A DNA stretch of 63,817 nucleotides from contig NMRA01000177.1 in NCBI GenBank assembly GCA_002633005.1, positions 387,942 through 451,758 on the forward strand. The letters run 5' to 3'. Below the pieces are notes generated by a model. The model was not told the DNA's origin. It searched no databases and saw nothing but the letters and a program-made list of their open reading frames with translations. This document shows positions 57,301 through 63,817 of this stretch, piece by piece. Source of the DNA: Phoronis australis (Eukaryota > Animalia > Phoronida). Position 1 is the first letter of the stretch; each line of letters starts with the position of its first letter. Made by a program: the position numbers and the translations under genes.

Positions 57301-60300
57301 AGTGTAAAATGACCTGCCAATGGCATTTATTTCTTTTTGGTCTTGTCTGTATGGGTCTTGAACTGTTGCTTTGCTCAGAACAATTGTGTAACGTGAACGG
57401 TGACTGGACAAAATGTCACTAGAGTACATATGGAGGCAGGCCATCTCAAAAAAGAGTTGATTGGTATAAGTAGCTCTTGAAGGGGTTCATTCACATCACT
57501 ACATCTGGACAAATACTTCAGGTTCGATTCTGTCTCCTCTTGAGATTTAATCATGTCAGCCACACCGTCTTGCATTGGTTGATTATTAGTCCGATCAGCA
57601 GTAGAGCTACTATTGACTACGATTTCCGTCTTAACTCAAGAGTGGAACATATTTAGCTTCAGTATTTTTCAGTGTTTAATCCTCAGTCAGGTCAGCCATC
57701 ACTGTTCCCTGCTTAGGAAAGTCCAGGCAGTGGACTGGCAGCTTGCCTGGGGTCAGTTTACTCTCTTAGGGAGCCTGTGTGGGATCACTTTACTGGAGTC
57801 ATTAATTCCCCCACTAATGATTGTCCAGTGATGCTAATCTATTTGACCCCAATTGTTCACCATATGTCACTCCTCACCCTTTGGTTTTGGTCTGTGACCT
57901 GTGCCAGACTGCTGGAGTCTCTTGTGAGCCAAACCATAGTCTTTGTCATTGTCCTGATGGCTGTGGTGATGGTGACAATGTCACTGATAGTTTATGTTGG
58001 GTGGCTGTCTGTGGCTGTGAAAGAAATGAAAAACATTTGTGATGCATCTAGAGACTTATGTCTAGGCCAATACTTGAAGTATACAATGTAGGGCCATCGC
58101 TCACCTGAGGAGGAAAGTACTGCCTCAAGTAGCCAAAAATGATGTTCTGCATAAGTGTTTCAAAGGTTGAGGGCAATTTTTTCGTCATTGGTGGGGAAAT
58201 TTTAAATGTTTTTCATAGGGGAAGTGGGTCCATATTCGTCCCCAAAATCTAGGCATTGAAGGCCCTGTTGCTGTACCTGCCATACCACCCCAGTTGCCAT
58301 TGCCAGCAGACGGTCTCGTCCCTTGTTACATGGTCTATCACACCATGTGCTGGTGGTCGACCACCTGTTGATACACCTGGTGTATAATAACTTTCTCTGA
58401 CTCTGGCATCTGCCGTAGCCGACCCCTGCTGGCTATTAATGAGGCGATTCAATATCCCACCCCTCGTATTGTATTGCCCTTTTTTAATCATTATCATATC
58501 CCACCAGCTCTGGGTTTGCGTCAGACTTGTCAGTCAACGCAGACCTGTCAATCAACATAATCACTGCATCCATACAGTACCCAGGTGTGCCAACAGATAT
58601 CCCAGTGACAGTGTGGAAGTAAAATCCAGTTGTACATTTACCCAACTATCTTGTTAAGGTGTGACTTATCTCTCTGCCAATAACCTGACTGCCAGTTGAG
58701 ACTGGCATGTTTTACATAATAGTAAGAAGTCTGTCCGTTTCATGTACCAACTGTCTAGCTACACTACACTCGGCTGATCTTACCACATAAGGTGCTGTTC
58801 CCTTTTGCTATTCTCTATCTTAATATGCAGTTAATGAGGTATGGCAATGCATATTGTGGGTCAGGAGTTTAAACCTGCCTTGTATTTATTCATTGATATA
58901 TTCAAGACCAGCGTGCTAGCAATCAAACTTTCTGTCTGCGATCCTGGGTGTTCTACCGAGACCAGTCCTTGAGGGAAAATGCAAAATAGTTTAAGGCTGT
59001 CAGTACTGCATGTGATGTCTGGCAATTCTTCAAGGCTAAAGGCCATCTTTTGAGCGCAACTGCAATAGTCGTCAAATTGCAGGGGCAAAAAATACAGCAT
59101 GAGTTGAGCCGGAGTATGACTTGCAAAACTATGGGTATGCCTAAGTTGTAACTTGTCAAAACAACAGATTGTACTAAAATGTCAAATAGCTATGATGGTA
59201 TAGAGGGTTAATACTCTGTTACCAGATTGCGGTCAGACAGTTTAATTGGACGTTTGTTTATCCAATTTCTGTTCCTTAGTTCAGTTTTTTGTCCCCTCTG
59301 TTCATTTGGCATCCTCCCAACCTTCTGTACTCCCGCTGCTGATATCACTTGTGGTGAACTTAGGGTACCAGTTAATTATGTTGTGATCAATGTCTTACGA
59401 CCAACGCGACCAACTTGTGGTTGTGTGCTGAGCTTCACCACCACGCAGACTGACTGCGTACATGAGTCAGTTGGATGGATATTTGTCTTCTTCTCAAATT
59501 AACATAGTTATGCACTGGATGAAAACAATTCCAGTCATAATGGGGGCCGTGAGAAAGTGTGGGAAAAACGCAAAGCACCAGCTTACAACATTAGCGGTGC
59601 TGGGGTTCCAAAGGCTTTCTTAGCGGCAAAAAACCAAGCTGGAAAGTCTGACAGCTGTTCACAGGCGTAAGATTTGGTCAGTGTTCATTTGCTCTCAACC
59701 ATCTAAAATTCACCAACACCAATGTTTGCATTGTCATTATGTGTTTAAGAATCAGGAGATCATGCTTGTTTTTGGATTCGTTTGCACATCATTCTCTCCA
59801 AAGTTTTTCTGCTTATTCTTCTTTTGTTAATATAAACATCTGTTGTGCTTGGCACAGCTAGTGTTCGTTTACATCAGATTGACCTATTCTTACGCTTGTT
59901 ATAAAGTAACCTTTTAAATCAATTTTAAAAACAGACAAAATGTCACATTAATACGATAGGGTGAAGACCCGGCTGCCATTTCTTTCAACATTTGTTTGGG
60001 ATTTAGTGTTTTCCCGAAATGCTGATTCTGCTCTTCAGTTTATGACGTCTGCTGTTCATGACGTCTGCTGGTCCGTGTTGGTTGTCACATAAGTATTGGC
60101 TGCTTCTTGTTGAGTATCATGTCCGCTCCTGCTGTGAACCACATGACATTAAACAGTGGGAATCTTCTGCTCATCTGTTCCTTTGGAAAGCAGTGGAAAT
60201 GATAACCATTTATGTGCAGACTATGGTTATCTAGCAGGTCCTACTTTAGCTGGGTTTTTATTGCATGCTTGTGATCACGCATCCTCTGAAGAGTTTGCAT

Positions 60301-63300
60301 CCTGGAACCTGCTTCTGTGTGGAAGATTAAGATCAATAAAGCAACACCTGTCAAAAAACAACTATTGATTCGGGCCAGTTATTGTTATAAAATCAGCTTC
60401 ATCTCTTATTTAGATTAGAAATAATTTCAAAGCTCAAGAAGAACTGACAAATTGTTGTTGCCTATGGGCATTAGAGGAATTTCCGCCATTTTATTGCAAC
60501 CAATTTCAAAGGATGACAGATAGCAAATGCGCCAGTGAAGAATGTCCTTCTTGATTCTAGAACATGGTTTAAACACTGACTTGTGCTGTGACATATTTCT
60601 CATGCAGTTGCTGTTCTTGTTATCTGTTGGTGTTGCTGCAGTTCCAATCCCACAGTTAATACCAGCAGGTGTTACTGTATACTGAACTCATCGGGTGTAT
60701 ATTCTGCACTGTAGTCCAGTCATTTTACGGATAAACCGGATAACCCGGAAATAATTGCAACAGAAGGTTTTATTGCATAAATCGTATCCTCTCACACCAC
60801 TTAGTGCGAGAAAAGAAGTCTACCATAATCGGAGTGGCGGAAGTTGGTTTTTCAAGACAAAATGGCCGCCAGACTTTCAGATGACCACTATAATTCAAGA
60901 GTGGAATGTGATAGAGTAAAAATTCAAAAAGGTTTACTTATGTTTTGTGGGTTACCAAATCCATTGGAAATGGTTTTGCATGGCTGTGGTGACACCGTCC
61001 ACCATTTTCCAAGATGGCCGCCAAGTCTACTCGAGTCGCACAACTTCGCACGAACAGATTAGTGTCGTCTTGATTTAAACACTGCACCATTGGTTTTCTG
61101 GGTCGAATAATCCATTGAGACTCATTGCGTTTAGCTCTACTGATTACTTTTGCCATTTGTAAGATGACCACCAAATAGTTGCTGGGGGAGACCTGTGTAT
61201 TGTGAGAAATTGTTACGGGGGCTGTGGAAACTTTGGAATTAGTGAGATATTTGTAGTGCCAGTGATGAGTGAATTTTGTCACCAGGTAAAGCTAAGTAAG
61301 AATACGTCTTCTTCTCATAATCTGAGCAAAGAGCTGCTCACTAACATATTGACATTTGTAACCACCTGAATTCATGCAATTTGAAGCAAGACTAGAGCAT
61401 AGGTGACAGCGGTTTCCAAGTCGCTGCTAAATCCAGATATCAGTCTGATCCATTGGTATGCATGCATTCACGTGGTCTTTTGTCTGGCATCATGACTAGC
61501 AGCCCAATTATCTACCATGGAGTTACAAAAAAACAAATTGAACTACTTTCATCAATGGATACCAGGAAACTGAAACCTGACGCATCTGTTTTGGCTAATT
61601 GGTGTTGTAATTCTTCTGGTTAAAATGGTCTTAACCTAACTTTTACAAGGAGTTCAATTTCAGAAGCCAAACAGCTTGAAAGATCACCAGTTTCAGTCAA
61701 TGATATATCAAATTATTTTTGCCTGTTTTATTTTGTTGAAATCATCCCTAACATAGTAATTGGTGTACTCCACGCAAAAGGACCTTAGATCAAGGTTCCT
61801 GGTCAATGGGCTTCTCGTAGACGGTGGTTCTCGTTCAAATCTGTTGACCAAGTACAAGATGCCATGGAACGGACCGAGTTGCTAATGGATAATAATGAAA
61901 AGGCCTCTTATTTTTACGTTAAAACATCTGAATGGTTTTAAAACAGAAATCAGTTCATCAACATGGATGCATTCATTGGATGAGATTCCCAAGTCATTAT
62001 TGGAGTGCTTTCTTGTTTACCTAGCGCCATCTAGTGATTTTCGAATTCTCCACTGGATCTTATCATTCATGTTTTAAGTTGTTTTTATTATTTTTTTTGT
62101 AAGTAGTTCGTTCCATCTCTGGAGATTTTTATAGAAGACCACAGAGTCTTTCATCATGCCAATATTGCAGTGGCCTAAGTAACTGCACCCCTCTACTGGG
62201 TATTGCTGAGGGGTTTAGCTACTGTAAGTGCTGTGACCACAACAATGATAAAGAGAGGACCAGTCTCAATTCCCATCTCCCCAGCTCTGGTTGGTGTGTT
62301 TACAGTAACCCAAATTGTTTGTTTGGAATACCCTTCTTGCATTGTTGCTGGTCACAATTGAACTCAATCACAAGTGGTGTTGTCTGAGTTGACCGGTCAT
62401 TAAGTGACTGTTTTGTGTTTCTTAAGAGTGCATACACCAGATAACCACAATCTGGGATAGTTATTGCAAAGATATGCAAAGAAGATGAATTGACCGTTTG
62501 CTTTCAAAATTTCTTACGGTTGGAACAGAGACATCTGTTGATCAATGAATTGTTTTTGCAACATTATTTGGGTTATATTTAATATTAAGGAGACTTGTTA
62601 GGTACGTAGTTGATACCCTTCCTCAAGAGAACGATATGTTTGCTTACCAATATTTTCAACTATTAACTTAGATCTCACCACCGTGTACCACCTGTCCATG
62701 GGGCGCTTTCCTGTCTTTTAATACATTCCATCAATGAACAACTCAAACTTTACTCAGTCGGTGTTTGTGAAACAGTCATCGATCTTGCCTGTAGAAATGC
62801 ATACATTCAAGTTACATGGAACGCTGATTCCACGAACGTTGGCACGCCGATTAACAGTATTTTATCAGTCTGGTCAGATGAGAAAATGGGCCTTGATTTC
62901 TTTGGCTGCACTTGGTGACTCTGGAGTCCACGGTAGAATGAGCATTGGTGGATTTAGATGTATTTGAGTGATTTGCCAACATTCCGAGTCGTTATCTTGA
63001 CAATGTGGGACATTTCTAGTTATGATCTTGTGTACAACCCGGTGCAACTATGTTTACACTCAGCAGTCTTGTTTTGGTTGCCCCTACTTGCGTCAGTGAG
63101 GTAAAACTGGTCTTGTTAAACTTGTTGCAAAACATTTTGCCTACATGATGCGGAGAGCCTTTTAGTTATTCAGTGACTCTGACATCATGTGAACTGGAAG
63201 TGAATCCCAATGTGAATACAGTACCGTATTTCCCTTTTTCAGTTGTATACAAATTAAGTCGGTAAGGTGTGTGTGGTTTTGAAATGCCAGGGGTAAGACA

Positions 63301-63367
63301 TTGCTGTACATTATTTAAGACTATGTGGTGAAGATTTATTTAATAAATTTAGTGTTTGGGAGAGTGG

Positions 63368-63616
63368 TATGGTAAATTTCACCAATTTCAGAAAGAAGGT
63401 AGCCAAAATTATCATTTATTGATTTTCACGTCGTTCTGACATTGTCGAAATGTCAAAAAATCCAAACTATTGTCTCGTGGTAGGTATAGTATAGAACATT
63501 AAAGCATTATTTTGCCATTACTGATTTTAGATAAAAAATTTTGCTTGGCCCACTACATTTCACCCTCTCCGGTTCAAGACTTATATTTTGTTCTAAAGGG
63601 GGGATTCTTTACCCTA
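63368..63616. mobile_element. MITE family M1, diverged copy, followed by another TIR at 63624
   Basis: TATGGTAAATTTCACCAATTT left end, degenerate right end, same length of about 249 bp. Confidence 0.6.
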
Positions 63617-63653
63617 AACGGAATACTGTAAATTCTCACCAATTTGGACAAAC

Positions 63654-63708
63654 CTGGTTGCCAAAACTGGTTGCCAAAACTGGTTGCCAAAACTGGTTGC
63701 CAAAACTG
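63654..63708 (+). repeat. 13-bp tandem repeat x4
   Basis: ctggttgccaaaa. Confidence 0.9.
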
Positions 63709-63755
63709 CACTTCCTTTCATTTTTGAAGGGCTTCTTGCTGTGAATGCCCTACAG

Positions 63756-63817
63756 TTTTTATGCGCCCACATATTTATATGTGGACGCATTATGCCGTCA
63801 TCTCCGTCCGTCCGTCC
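63756..63817 (+). mobile_element. Start of a second HINE-like element (runs off window)
   Basis: Near-identical to 24846-24907. Confidence 0.75.

Noticed and set aside
57777-58091. Hydrophobic or Cys-rich ORFs downstream of the gene
   Set aside because: No recognisable domain or supporting exon chain; compatible with TG-rich UTR or intergenic sequence

Overview
Eukaryotic, most likely animal (invertebrate-like), genomic DNA from a draft assembly (109-N gap at 9147-9255; single Ns at 25067 and 30902). No prokaryotic features are evident. Most of the window is one + strand, intron-rich gene for an Lbc-family RhoGEF (ARHGEF18/ARHGEF28/AKAP13/ARHGEF2 family, Drosophila Cysts-like). I traced about 34 GT-AG coding exons by hand from 4019 to the stop at 54375, with consistent reading-frame phases. 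They encode a low-complexity N-terminal part, a C1 zinc finger, DH and PH domains, the LPRRAETFxGFD motif, a coiled coil and a C-terminal VIYF PDZ-type ligand. The start of the gene lies upstream of the window. Notable points: many small frame-preserving cassette exons including an 18-nt microexon candidate; a 1.1-kb in-frame cassette exon; a two-exon segment present twice around a single N (probably two haplotypes), where only one copy carries a DINE-1/HINE-like insertion; three MITE families; a LINE 3' end; a tRNA-derived SINE; several minisatellites including a 31-bp CCAAT/ACTAAC array; and many CTCF-like motifs. I found no convincing new multi-gene system; the novelty is in splicing, structure and repeats.
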